Assembly: GCA_963817385.1 (NCBI GenBank)
Contig: CAWFOM010000004.1
Span: 27,691 to 91,690 of the forward strand
Direction of reading: 5' to 3'
Source of the DNA: an uncultured delta proteobacterium
Lineage (GTDB): Bacteria > Desulfobacterota > Syntrophia > Syntrophales > UBA5619
DNA length: 64,000 bases
Both the position numbers and the translations under genes were made by a program. Below are positions 11,972-21,683 of the stretch, piece after piece; within the stretch, counting starts at the first letter, position 1; every line of letters begins with the position of its first letter. The notes under the pieces were generated by a model. The model worked only from the letters and a program-made list of their open reading frames with translations. It was not told where the DNA came from and did not search any database.

Positions 11972-12405
11972 ATGGTCGTCTGCACGATCGGGTTTGCGAA
12001 AAAGAATCTGCGGCAGTTTATCGGGAAGCTTCAGGCGGCGGAGGTGAAGAAGGTAATCGACATCCGTCTCCGCAACACGTCACAACTCGCCGGATACGCC
12101 AAGAAGGACGACCTGGAATATATCCTCGGCCTGGTCGGGATCGCCTACGAGCACCATCCTGAACTGGCGCCGACGGAAGAGATCCTCGACGGCTACAAGG
12201 GGAAAAAGATCTCCTGGCCGGAATACGAGAGACAATTCGGTGAGCTTTTGATCTCACGGGATCCGCTGAAAAACTCATCGCTCCGCAAGGAACCGGGGCC
12301 GATCTGCCTGCTGTGCGCCGAGGACAAACCCGCCCAGTGCCACCGACGGCTCGTGGCGGAGCACATTGCCGGGCGCCTCCGGGGCACGAGATCCGGCACC
12401 TGTAG
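11972..12405 (+). CDS. DUF488 family protein (frameshift near 3' end)
   Basis: TIGF, IDIR, PELAP, LLCAE...CHRRLVAE; natural end EIRHL* at 12405 in a shifted frame. Confidence 0.85.
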
Positions 12406-12474
12406 GGGACAGGGAGGCGGCTTTCTTCATAAGTGCTTCCTGCGGCGGCTGGCTGATGAATTAAGGAGAACCAG

Positions 12475-13307
12475 ATGAACGATATGACGATTCTCTGTTA
12501 TCTGGATGTTCTGGGGTACAGCAAAGCAGTTTGCAGGCATCATACCGACGAAGCGCTTATAAGGAATATTGAAAAAATCTTTCAAACGTCCGTTCAGTAT
12601 CTGAATGACCTGAAAGAGAAAGGGGGTTTTGATGATCCAGCTCACGAAGAATGTAGGCAACATATTTTCAAGGCATTGCGGATTCGGTTTATATCGGATT
12701 CAATCATGTATTCGCTAAATCTTTCCGAGGTTCCCGCTGTAAAAACCGACGTTGTTGAAGGACATCCACTTACGTATTGTGTCCATTGTTTTTCCGGTTG
12801 ATTTCGATGTTCTGTACAACACTTACCGGTAAAATGGGTTTGGTTGTCAGGGGGGCAATTACAATAGGACCTCATTATGAACGAGATTGGGAAGAAGACG
12901 GATCCCAGTGTCTATTTGTGTTCAGCAAGGCCCTTGTCGATGCCGTCGATTTGGAGCATAAGGAAGCGAAGACCGCAAGGATTGTTGTCGCTGAGGGTCT
13001 TGTTCGTTACTTGAAGGAACAAACTAACTTGGACGTTGGCGAATTTGTGTTCAGCGATAGCGAGGGTAAGTCCTGCTTCGATTTGTACAACATTTTTCGC
13101 CCATTGTCCGCTGATAATGCCCGGAAAGTGCTGAGTGATATCAAAAAAGCGGTCACAATGAACATGGTTGATTCATCTTTTGATCCGAAAGCTTTGGAAA
13201 AACTCGAATATTTTGCAGAGTACCACAACAAATGGGTTCGGGAGTTCTGCGCTGATACGGATCTGCGGATCGACTGCCGAGAAATGATTGCAAATGCCAA
13301 ATCCTGA
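12475..13307 (+). CDS. Hypothetical protein with class III nucleotidyl-cyclase-like motifs (frameshift ~12790)
   Basis: YLDVLGY, FISDSI, VRGAITIG, FSKALVDAVDLE, ARIVV; the two ORFs join at a T-run; lower GC than flanks. Confidence 0.55.
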
Positions 13308-13439
13308 CGGGCGATAACATCAAGCGTTATCATCCCACTATCTTATGACCGAAATTTACCCCATCGTTGAAACCTACGATGAGCGGCCGAGCGACTACAT
13401 GATTATCTTGTAGTAAGATAATATCAGGAGGACGCGAAA

Positions 13440-13979
13440 TTAAGCGGTATTCGTCAGATACATGAGAATTTTTTCCAGTTCAGGAACCTGATGCCGCCGG
13501 TCTTCGAGAAGACCGCGGGGGAAATATCTTTCGTATTGTTTTGGAAGCAACTTCTCATTGGCATCCAAATAATTGTCTTCAAATAATCTCTTGCACTCCG
13601 AGGTCTTGTGAATTGATGAATTGAAAACAGGCTTCAGTATCTTTAAAAGCAGACCTTCGATACAGGGATCGCACCAAACGAGTTCGAGTTTTTTCGTTTT
13701 AGCTTTCTTTAGATATGAGGCATGGCATGGTCTGTCTTTGTCCAACAAAACAAATGCTCGATCGTAATGACGGGGATTCAACTTGATGGAATGGATTATC
13801 ACGCATTCTGGACCGCCGCCATGGGCGCATTCGACTTTGGCGAAAATGCCGTCCTCTCGTTTGATGTAGATGTATTTGAGATATTGTAGAAAGGCCTTTT
13901 CCGTTTCTCCTTCACCAACGACCAAAACAGTCCAGTTGGGCTGTCTCGGTTTGCGGATGAATGGATTCGACCGGGCCAT
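13440..13979 (-). CDS. rloB: RloB-like (TOPRIM-like) protein
   Basis: LVVGEGETEKAF, LLDKD, PCIEGLLL; downstream of an AAA ATPase. Confidence 0.78.
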   Translation of the reverse strand: MARSNPFIRKPRQPNWTVLVVGEGETEKAFLQYLKYIYIKREDGIFAKVECAHGGGPECVIIHSIKLNPRHYDRAFVLLDKDRPCHASYLKKAKTKKLELVWCDPCIEGLLLKILKPVFNSSIHKTSECKRLFEDNYLDANEKLLPKQYERYFPRGLLEDRRHQVPELEKILMYLTNTA

Positions 13980-13988
13980 TACCGCTCC

Positions 13989-15215
13989 TCAAAGGTTCGG
14001 CACGGCGCCGTATGCGCCTGTGTCGTATTTCGCATAGAGGTTGTCGTCGCTTCGGACCCCCTTGATCTCATCCAGACGGATGACTTTACTGTACCCGTAT
14101 TCGTCCTTTTCCACGAGGAGGATCTGGTATTTGTCTAGGTGCTTCATGATGTCCGTTGAATGGCAACTGAACAGGAGTTGGGCGTTGAGCGGGTTCGTGT
14201 TTCGGGAGATGAACAGATCCACCAGAGGGCGGATCATGTGCGGATGCAAATCGACCTCGAATTCATCAAGGACGGCGATTCCTCCTTCCTGCAGGACGGG
14301 AAGGATACCTTTCAGGAGGACGAAGAGGTTCTGCGTGCCGTTCGATTCGCGATAAAAAGGGAGCTTGTGGATGCTCTCATCTTTGCCGACGTGGATGCCG
14401 AATGGCAGGACGATCTTTTCCGGTTTACCCTCCTTATCATCGATACCAACTTCCCTTTCTTCAATCTCGATGCCGGCTAGCCCCAAATCAAACCGCTTCA
14501 ATAGCTCCTGGGCTTGTTTTCGATATTCCGGATGGCCATGAAAATACTCTGCCGAGTCAAGAAGGTGGATCACAAGTTCATCATCCACCATCCGGCCTTC
14601 CCGACCCCGTTCCTGGACGTTGGTGTTCAAGCGTGACCATGCTTCAATGATTTTTTTGCTTTCCTCGTGATTGTGCTGAAGGGCGATGGAGAAGACCGAT
14701 GCATTCTTCCTCATCTGGATAAATTCGCCGAAGGACTTCGTCAGGCCGAAGTCCTTTGTCGCAAAATCATATTTCCCGATGGAAGCATTCCAGATTCGTT
14801 TGAAGAGGTACTGAAACACTCGATCATTTCGGATAAACAAGCTCTCGTCCAAGACCTGTTCGGGAGTCAGCCGGACGCTGTATCGGTAAAGCTTATCCTC
14901 ATTCGTAAACTCAACGGAAAGCTCTGCAGGTTCGAGGTTGTCCTTTTCAAATCGGAACGGATGAAAGGGGATATCCGCGTCCGGTTTCAAGTTGAAGGAA
15001 TTCTTCATAAACCAACGGATGAAGGGGAGTGCTTTGAGTAGATTCGTCTTTCCAGAGGCGTTGGGTCCGAAGCTGGCCAGGACCTTGGTGATCCGCTCCC
15101 CCTTTTGCACATCCATATACGCGTCCGAGCAGGGTGCCTTTCCATGGACCATGAAGCTGACGGTATTTTCCTCTTTGAAGGAGTAGAAATTCTTGACAGT
15201 AAATTTTCGGATCAT
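13989..15215 (-). CDS. AAA_21/RloA-type (AbiLi-like) ATPase
   Basis: VKNFYSFKEE, GPNASGKTN Walker A, ESNGT signature, LDEFEVDLHP Walker B, QLLFSCH, Y..GAYGAVP. Confidence 0.88.
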   Translation of the reverse strand: MIRKFTVKNFYSFKEENTVSFMVHGKAPCSDAYMDVQKGERITKVLASFGPNASGKTNLLKALPFIRWFMKNSFNLKPDADIPFHPFRFEKDNLEPAELSVEFTNEDKLYRYSVRLTPEQVLDESLFIRNDRVFQYLFKRIWNASIGKYDFATKDFGLTKSFGEFIQMRKNASVFSIALQHNHEESKKIIEAWSRLNTNVQERGREGRMVDDELVIHLLDSAEYFHGHPEYRKQAQELLKRFDLGLAGIEIEEREVGIDDKEGKPEKIVLPFGIHVGKDESIHKLPFYRESNGTQNLFVLLKGILPVLQEGGIAVLDEFEVDLHPHMIRPLVDLFISRNTNPLNAQLLFSCHSTDIMKHLDKYQILLVEKDEYGYSKVIRLDEIKGVRSDDNLYAKYDTGAYGAVPNL

Positions 15216-15231
15216 ATTGTCACCACCATCA

Positions 15232-15305
15232 ACAAATATTTGTAGTATGGTTTTTATAGTAGCGTGTATTTTCTATTTGTCAATAGATAATTGACAAATA
15301 TTTGC
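15232..15305 (-). promoter_or_regulatory. Promoter/operator region of the AAA-RloB operon
   Basis: Perfect 11-bp inverted repeat TATTTGTCAAT-N5-ATTGACAAATA (15274-15300) containing a minus-strand TTGACA followed after 16 nt by TACTAT; ACAAATATTTG occurs twice (15232, 15294). Confidence 0.55.
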
Positions 15306-15350
15306 AGATTATTGTAGATTATGCTGCATATGCTGCTGCAGGCTAAAATG

Positions 15351-16808
15351 TTATCCGCGGGGGATAAGGCGCAGCGGTTCGCCGACGACCGACCAGTAGG
15401 GGATGGCGACGAAGAGCACCACCAGGTAGGCGGCAAGGGTCATCCACAATCCGAAGCGAAAGATCTCTCCCGTTGTGAGATGGCCGCGTTCGTAGATCAC
15501 CAGGGACGAGGCGCTTTGCGCCGGGTAGTACAGGACGGCGTCGCCGGCGATCATCACCGCCAGCCCGCAAACGGCGGGGTTGACGCCCGTCGCCGTGCCG
15601 ATCGACATGGCGATCGGGATGGTCGTGGCGAGAAACCCGGCGATGTTGGGAATCAGCAGGCGGATCGATGCGCCGATCAGAAGCAGCAGAACCGGAACCA
15701 GGATGGGCTCTCGGGAGAAGAACGGCGCGCTGCGGACAGTGGCCTCGGCGATCCAGACGCTGGCGCCGCTATTGGCAAGCGCCCGGGCCAGCGACAGCGA
15801 AGAGGCCATCACGAAGAAGTTGGACCAGCCGAACCCCTTTTCGAAATCTCTCCAGGTGAGCACCCCGATCCCCGGCATCAGCAGGCAGATCCAGGCGAGG
15901 ATCGCCGGCAGGGCCGGGTTCCAGTGGTGCCACGCATCGGTCAGCCAGAGAAGCGAAGCCCCGATGGTGATGACGAGCGTCCGGATCTCCTTTCCGGAGA
16001 AGGGTCGCGTTTCGGCGGTCGGTAGGCAAGCCAAAGGGGCTCTGAACCCCTCGCGGTAGAGCCCATAGATAAGAAGGGCGCCGACAGCCAGGAGCGCCCC
16101 GTAGGGCACAATCATCAGCACCAGCCAGCGGCTCCAGGAGATGCCGCCGATCAGGGAGGCCGCCAGGACCGGGGTGATCCCGCCCGTCAACAGCATGGTG
16201 GAGGCCAATCGGTTGATCGAGTTGAGCGCCATCATGATGGCCTTGACCAGGGGTGAGCCGCGGCGGGCGCCGCCCAAATCCAGCGCCTGTTCGTACACGT
16301 GGATGAGGATTCCCGTTCGGGTCGTCGCCGAGGGGAGGAGCAGCGTGAGGAGCGGAAATGAGAGCAACAATTGCAGGTACAGGGCCCGCGAGCTTCCCTG
16401 ACAGTGGCGCAGGAAGAACAGCGCCACCCGTTCGGCGAGACCGCTGTGCGAGACCGCCAGGCCGAGCGTCAGGACCCCGATGAGGAAGTAGGCCACTGGT
16501 TCGGCGAAACCCACCAGCGCTTCTCCGAGCCCTGGAACTCCCCCCGAGAGAGTGAGGGCGATGACTACCAGAAGTCCCGTAACGGCCGCCGGGATTACGT
16601 CGGTGCACCACAGCCCGATCGCCAGGACGGCCACCGCCAGAACCCGCTGCCCCGCCGGAGAGAGACCGGCGGGGAGAGGTGCGAACATTAAGGCTATGGA
16701 CAGTCCGACCAGACCAACTGTGATCAGGAGTGCGCGCCATGTTCCCTTTCCGGCGTTCGGCCCGGCGTTATCTGTCATATTGCCTGCACTTTGTTGCGTC
16801 TGATTCAA
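15351..16808 (-). CDS. SLC13/DASS family anion transporter
   Basis: Many TM segments; LW..DVIP, HSGLAERVAL, LPSATTR. Confidence 0.85.
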   Translation of the reverse strand: MNQTQQSAGNMTDNAGPNAGKGTWRALLITVGLVGLSIALMFAPLPAGLSPAGQRVLAVAVLAIGLWCTDVIPAAVTGLLVVIALTLSGGVPGLGEALVGFAEPVAYFLIGVLTLGLAVSHSGLAERVALFFLRHCQGSSRALYLQLLLSFPLLTLLLPSATTRTGILIHVYEQALDLGGARRGSPLVKAIMMALNSINRLASTMLLTGGITPVLAASLIGGISWSRWLVLMIVPYGALLAVGALLIYGLYREGFRAPLACLPTAETRPFSGKEIRTLVITIGASLLWLTDAWHHWNPALPAILAWICLLMPGIGVLTWRDFEKGFGWSNFFVMASSLSLARALANSGASVWIAEATVRSAPFFSREPILVPVLLLLIGASIRLLIPNIAGFLATTIPIAMSIGTATGVNPAVCGLAVMIAGDAVLYYPAQSASSLVIYERGHLTTGEIFRFGLWMTLAAYLVVLFVAIPYWSVVGEPLRLIPRG

Positions 16809-16940
16809 AGGACACTCCCCTTTCCGGAGCGCGGATCATACCAAAAGGCAGGGCGGGTGTCGAGAAAAAGGGGTTTTTGAACCCACGCGGAAGGGTCTAT
16901 CGGCATCGGCGCTTGAGGGTGATCCCGTTGTGATGGCCCG

Positions 16941-18161
16941 TTAGCGAACGCGCGCCATCCAACCGATCGCCGCGCCAATGATGCTGACGCCGCCGCTTAT
17001 CGCAAAGGCCAGTGCCCAGCTTCCCGTAGCCTGCACGATGCCTCCGAAGACCATCGGGCCGAGCAGCATGCCCGCGTTCTGGCCGACTTGCATCACGCCC
17101 ATGGCCATTCCTCCCAGGCGCTCATCGCGCACGGCCTCGACACTGGAGGCGAAGATGGTGCCGGCTATCGGGCCGGTCATAACACCCATCGCCACCGCGA
17201 TCGCGGCGAACACACCCTGACCCAGAGGAGCGATCAGCAGCAGGGGGAGGCCGAACAGAGCCATGCCTGCGGCAAAGAACTTCCGGCGGGTGCGGAGGCG
17301 GTCCGAGAGCCAGCCCGCAACTGGGCAGGCAAAGATGCTGACAAGCAGCACCAGGCTGACCAGGAAAGAGGCCCCGGCGAGCGGGACCTGCCTCACGGTG
17401 TTCAGAAAAGTCGGCGCCCAGGTCACGAAGGCGATGATGGTGAAATTGAAGCAGCCGAAGGTGACGCTCAGGAGCCATAGATTGCGGTTGCCGAGCACCT
17501 GTCTCAGGACGGCCGGGGCGGTGGACGCCGCACCCACGGGAGAGGGTCCCGTTGCCGGCGGTTTGATCACAACCAGGAACAACGCCGCCATGACCAGTGC
17601 ATAGATGCAGCCCACCCACCACACGCCCTGCCAGCCCCATGCGCCGCCCAGCCAGGGAGCGGCCACCATCATCAGTGTGGAGCCAAGCGGCACCCAGATT
17701 GCCCAGATTCCCATCGGCATGCCGCGCCGGTCGGCGGCAAACCAGACGGCGATGATCGCCGGCGCCACAACCGCGATCAGGCTCGTGCCCACACCCTCGA
17801 TCACGCGGCTGATCAGCATCATTCCGGCCCCGGAGCTGATCGCGCCCAGGGCGGCGCCGATCGCGATCGATCCGATTGCCAGCAAACCGGTGACGCGGAA
17901 ACCCATCTTTTGGAACATAAACCCGGCCGGCAGGGCCAGGATCAGCCCGGTGACGGCGAAGACCGACATCAGCCATCCCGCATTGCCCAGGGACATGTCG
18001 AATGCCTGCATCAAGACCGGCATCAGCGGCGGGACCTTGAACTGATTGAATGGCGCGGCAACGCTGAACAGAACCAGAACGACCAGAACCAGCCAGGCGC
18101 GGCCGGTGATCGACCGAGATTTCGCCGTCACCCCGGGTGCGGAGTGGATGTTCGTTTCCAT
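16941..18161 (-). CDS. MFS transporter (CynX/NimT-like)
   Basis: About 12 hydrophobic segments; NQFKVPP, SRVIEGVG, GWLSDR. Confidence 0.85.
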   Translation of the reverse strand: METNIHSAPGVTAKSRSITGRAWLVLVVLVLFSVAAPFNQFKVPPLMPVLMQAFDMSLGNAGWLMSVFAVTGLILALPAGFMFQKMGFRVTGLLAIGSIAIGAALGAISSGAGMMLISRVIEGVGTSLIAVVAPAIIAVWFAADRRGMPMGIWAIWVPLGSTLMMVAAPWLGGAWGWQGVWWVGCIYALVMAALFLVVIKPPATGPSPVGAASTAPAVLRQVLGNRNLWLLSVTFGCFNFTIIAFVTWAPTFLNTVRQVPLAGASFLVSLVLLVSIFACPVAGWLSDRLRTRRKFFAAGMALFGLPLLLIAPLGQGVFAAIAVAMGVMTGPIAGTIFASSVEAVRDERLGGMAMGVMQVGQNAGMLLGPMVFGGIVQATGSWALAFAISGGVSIIGAAIGWMARVR

Positions 18162-18186
18162 GGGCATTCTCCTTTTTGCAACCATC

Positions 18187-19992
18187 TCACTCGAACCACT
18201 CCGGTTTCATCCGTACCGTGATTCCGTCGCCGCTTTCCCTCAGGCGGGCGGCGAGGCCGCTGAGCTTCGGAAGTTCGTAGGCGAAGAAGTAGCGGCAGGT
18301 GTGGATCTTCCCCCGGTAGAAGTCGCAATCCTCTGCCGCGGGGTTTGCATCCAGGGCCTTCGCGGCCGTGACGGCTTGCAGGAGCCATTGCCAGGCGATC
18401 GCGACGATGCCGAAGAGCTCCAGGTAGAGCGTCGCGTCGGCGAGGAAGAGTTCGATCTCGCCCTTCATCGCGATGCCCGTGAGCGAGGTGGTCACCTCTT
18501 TGAGCGTCTCCACGGCCGCGGCGAGCGCCTCAGCCGAGGGGGCGCACTCCGGGATCGCCCGGCCGGCGGCCACGGCCTTCTCCAGTTCGGTGAGGTAGAG
18601 GAAGAGGGCTTTCCCATTCTTCATGAGCGCCTTTCTGCCCAGGAGGTCCATCCCCTGGATCCCCGTCGTCCCTTCGTGGATCGGATGGATGCGGACGTCC
18701 CGGTAGTACTGCTCCAACGGAAATTCGTCGCAGTAGCCGTAGCCGCCCAGGCACTGGAGCCCCTGACTCACGGAGAGGATCCCCATCTCCGAGGGGTAGC
18801 TCTTGGCGACGGGAGTGAGGAGGTCGAGGAGGAGTTCGTATCGCTCCTTCTCCTCTCCTTCGGCTACCCGAGCGAGGTCCACATAGAGGGCGCACTGGAA
18901 GATCAGGGCGAGCGACCCCTCGACGACGGCCCGCTGGAAAAGGAGCATCCGTTTGACGTCGGCGTGTTCGATGATCGGCACCTGCGGCGCCAGAGGGTCC
19001 TTCCCGGCGACGGGCCGCCCCTGCGGCCGCTGCCTGGTGTATTCGAGGGAAGCGTAATAGGCGGCCGACGCGATCGCCGCCGCTCCCATCCCCACATCCA
19101 CGCGCGCCTCGTTCATCATCTGAAACATATAACGGAGCCCTTTGTGTGGCTCGCCGACGAGCCAGCCACGGCAGTCATCATTGTCGCCGAAGGCGAGCTG
19201 CGTGATCGGGGCGCCACGATAGCCGAGCTTGTGGTAGATCCCGATGCAGGTCACATCGTTGCCAATAAGACCGCCCCGGCCGTCCGGTCGCTTTTTCGGC
19301 ACGACAAAGAGCGAGATCCCCCTGATGCCGGGAGGGGCGCCGTCGATCCGGGCGAGGAGCAGGTTGACGATGTTTTCGGTCGATTCGTAGTCGGAGCAGG
19401 AGATGAAGATCTTCTGCCCCTTGATTTTGTATGAGCCGTCGGCCTCCGGGAAGGCCGTCGTCTTGAGATCGGTGAGCGACGAGCCCGCCTGCGGCTCCGT
19501 GAGGGCCATCGTCCCCTGCCAGGCCCCGGCGAACATCTTCGGGACGTACGCTTCAACAAGCTCCGGGGCGCCGAAGGAGAGGATCAGGTGGGCCGCGCCG
19601 GTGGTGAGGAAGGGGTAGACGGAGGCCGAGTAGTTGGCCGCCGAGAAGATCCCCCGGAAAGCCGTCATGATCGTGTTCGGAATCTGCTGGCCGCCCAGTT
19701 CATAGGGGGCCTGGGCGCCAATCCAGCCGCCTTCGCCGCAGGCCTTCATGACGATCGCTACGACCGGGTGGACGAACACCTTCCCGTCTCTGAACTCCGG
19801 AGGCTGCTTGTCCATCTCCGCCAGGGCGGGGAAGAGGATTCCTCTCCCCATCCGCATCGCCGTTTCCAGAACCATGTCGAAGGTCTCCCTGCTGTGGTCG
19901 GCGAAATAGGGATACTTCGTCAGTGCCGCTGCGTCGAGATGCTCGGTAAGCAGAAACTGCAGGTTTCTCAGACTGATGAATTTTTCCGCCAT
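18187..19992 (-). CDS. Acyl-CoA dehydrogenase (long ~600 aa type)
   Basis: GTMALTEPQAGS, GQKIFIS, MFQMMNEAR, GGYGYC, IHEGTTGIQ. Confidence 0.93.
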   Translation of the reverse strand: MAEKFISLRNLQFLLTEHLDAAALTKYPYFADHSRETFDMVLETAMRMGRGILFPALAEMDKQPPEFRDGKVFVHPVVAIVMKACGEGGWIGAQAPYELGGQQIPNTIMTAFRGIFSAANYSASVYPFLTTGAAHLILSFGAPELVEAYVPKMFAGAWQGTMALTEPQAGSSLTDLKTTAFPEADGSYKIKGQKIFISCSDYESTENIVNLLLARIDGAPPGIRGISLFVVPKKRPDGRGGLIGNDVTCIGIYHKLGYRGAPITQLAFGDNDDCRGWLVGEPHKGLRYMFQMMNEARVDVGMGAAAIASAAYYASLEYTRQRPQGRPVAGKDPLAPQVPIIEHADVKRMLLFQRAVVEGSLALIFQCALYVDLARVAEGEEKERYELLLDLLTPVAKSYPSEMGILSVSQGLQCLGGYGYCDEFPLEQYYRDVRIHPIHEGTTGIQGMDLLGRKALMKNGKALFLYLTELEKAVAAGRAIPECAPSAEALAAAVETLKEVTTSLTGIAMKGEIELFLADATLYLELFGIVAIAWQWLLQAVTAAKALDANPAAEDCDFYRGKIHTCRYFFAYELPKLSGLAARLRESGDGITVRMKPEWFE

Positions 19993-20058
19993 GATTCTTC
20001 CTCCTAAGTTTTTCCAGGGGAAAAAGAGGGGAGCTCTCCCCTATTTCCCGGCAGGGGG

Positions 20059-20769
20059 TCAGCGGGAAGGGGGGAAGATCCTGATCCGTTCGTAGATTCC
20101 GGCCTCCCGGTCGTACAGGGCGCACTCCCCTTCATCCGCGGAGCCGACGATCACGATGAAGCGATCGGCGGCGCCGTCGTTTTGTTCCGTATGCGATCCC
20201 TCTCCTCCGTTATCCGGAGACTTACCCGCCGCGCCCAGGACCAGTTTAACTTCCGAAGGTACCTGTTCCCGTGTTACGGTGCCGCCCGCCTTCCTAAAGA
20301 GAATGGGGAGGTGCGAATGGCCGCAAAAGAGGAGCTGAAAATCGGTCTCGGCGAAGAGTCGCTCCGCGCGCCGGGTGGTGCCCGTGTCGATCGGCTCGTA
20401 GAATGACCTAAGCGAGTCGTAGGGAAGCGAATGGGCGAAAAGCAGACCGTCGAGTGTGCGGGTGACGGGCACACTCCGGAGGAAGGCGACGGCCGGCGCT
20501 CCTTCCGGCTCGGGCGGCCGGCATTCATGGGTCAGCATGCTTTCGACAAAGAAGTCGTTGTTGCCCTTTACGGCGAGGACGTCGTTTGCCCGAAGGAGGC
20601 GGATCATCGCTGCCGCCCGGTCGTGGTGGATCGAATCGCAGAAATCCCCCAGATGAATGAGGATGCCCGCACCCCGTTCCTTCAGGAGGCGGATCGCCTC
20701 CGCCGTGGCGTCCAGGTTTCCATGGCTGTCGGCGATGAGGCCGACGCATCTGTCGGCAAATTCTGCCAT
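20059..20769 (-). CDS. Calcineurin-like metallophosphoesterase
   Basis: DSHGN, HLGD, GNND, AH, GHSH. Confidence 0.88.
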   Translation of the reverse strand: MAEFADRCVGLIADSHGNLDATAEAIRLLKERGAGILIHLGDFCDSIHHDRAAAMIRLLRANDVLAVKGNNDFFVESMLTHECRPPEPEGAPAVAFLRSVPVTRTLDGLLFAHSLPYDSLRSFYEPIDTGTTRRAERLFAETDFQLLFCGHSHLPILFRKAGGTVTREQVPSEVKLVLGAAGKSPDNGGEGSHTEQNDGAADRFIVIVGSADEGECALYDREAGIYERIRIFPPSR

Positions 20770-20799
20770 CTGGTGAATCTCCTCGGTTGTGATTTCTCC

Positions 20800-21615
20800 T
20801 TATCGCTTACCGGGGGGTCTGGCGAAGGTTTTGATGAGTTCGAAGAACTCCCCGGAGAAGACCATCAGCGACTGATTCCGGTTCTCGAAATCGATGGCGG
20901 CCGCAAGCGAGGGGGCGTCGATGTTCCGGTCGAGCGCCCGCTTGGTCAGTCGGATCCCTGCGGGACTTTTAGCGGTCATCTGCCGCGCGCAGGCGAGGGC
21001 GGTTTCGAGGAGCGCCTCCGGCGGGACGATCCGGTTTACCAGGCCCATCCGCTCCGCCTCCTCGGCGGGGACCGTCCGGCCCGTGTAGAGGATCTCGGCT
21101 GCCCGGGCGAGACCGATGAGGCGGGGGAGGAGATAGGTGGTCCCCAATTCGCTGCCGGAAAGGCCGATGTTGATGAACGAGGCGATGAAGGTGGCCGCGG
21201 GCGACGCGAAACGGACGTCGGAGGCAAGCGTAAGGCAAAGACCGGCGCCCGCGGCGGCGCCGTTCACTGCGGCAATCACCGGCTGGGGAATCGCCCGGAG
21301 GCCGAGGATGAGACCGGCGTAGCGCTCCTGGGCGAGACGGAGGAAATGTTCCGGATCGATGAAGGCCTCCGAATTCCGGTTCGCCATCGCTTCGTTCAGA
21401 TCGGCGCCGGAGCAGAAGCCGCGGCCCGCACCGGTGACGACGAGGACCCGGATCGAGTCATCCTGCGCGAGGGCGGTGAAAAGCGCCTCGAAGTCCATGA
21501 TCATGTCGGGGTTGATCGCGTTGAGCCGCTCCGGACGATTCAGGGTTACGAGCCCTATGCCGGGCTCCGGTTCCGTAAATTTCATCGCGGTGAACAACTT
21601 TTCGGTAATACGCAC
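20800..21615 (-). CDS. Enoyl-CoA hydratase/isomerase
   Basis: LNRPERLNA, FCSGADL, AAVNGAAAGAG, GLV; GTG start after AGGAGG. Confidence 0.92.
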   Translation of the reverse strand: MRITEKLFTAMKFTEPEPGIGLVTLNRPERLNAINPDMIMDFEALFTALAQDDSIRVLVVTGAGRGFCSGADLNEAMANRNSEAFIDPEHFLRLAQERYAGLILGLRAIPQPVIAAVNGAAAGAGLCLTLASDVRFASPAATFIASFINIGLSGSELGTTYLLPRLIGLARAAEILYTGRTVPAEEAERMGLVNRIVPPEALLETALACARQMTAKSPAGIRLTKRALDRNIDAPSLAAAIDFENRNQSLMVFSGEFFELIKTFARPPGKR

Positions 21616-21683
21616 GGCGCACCTCCTTTTTCCTTCCTTCTTTTTTTTCACGGGTAAGCAGCGAAAGGGGCTTTACCTCGATG

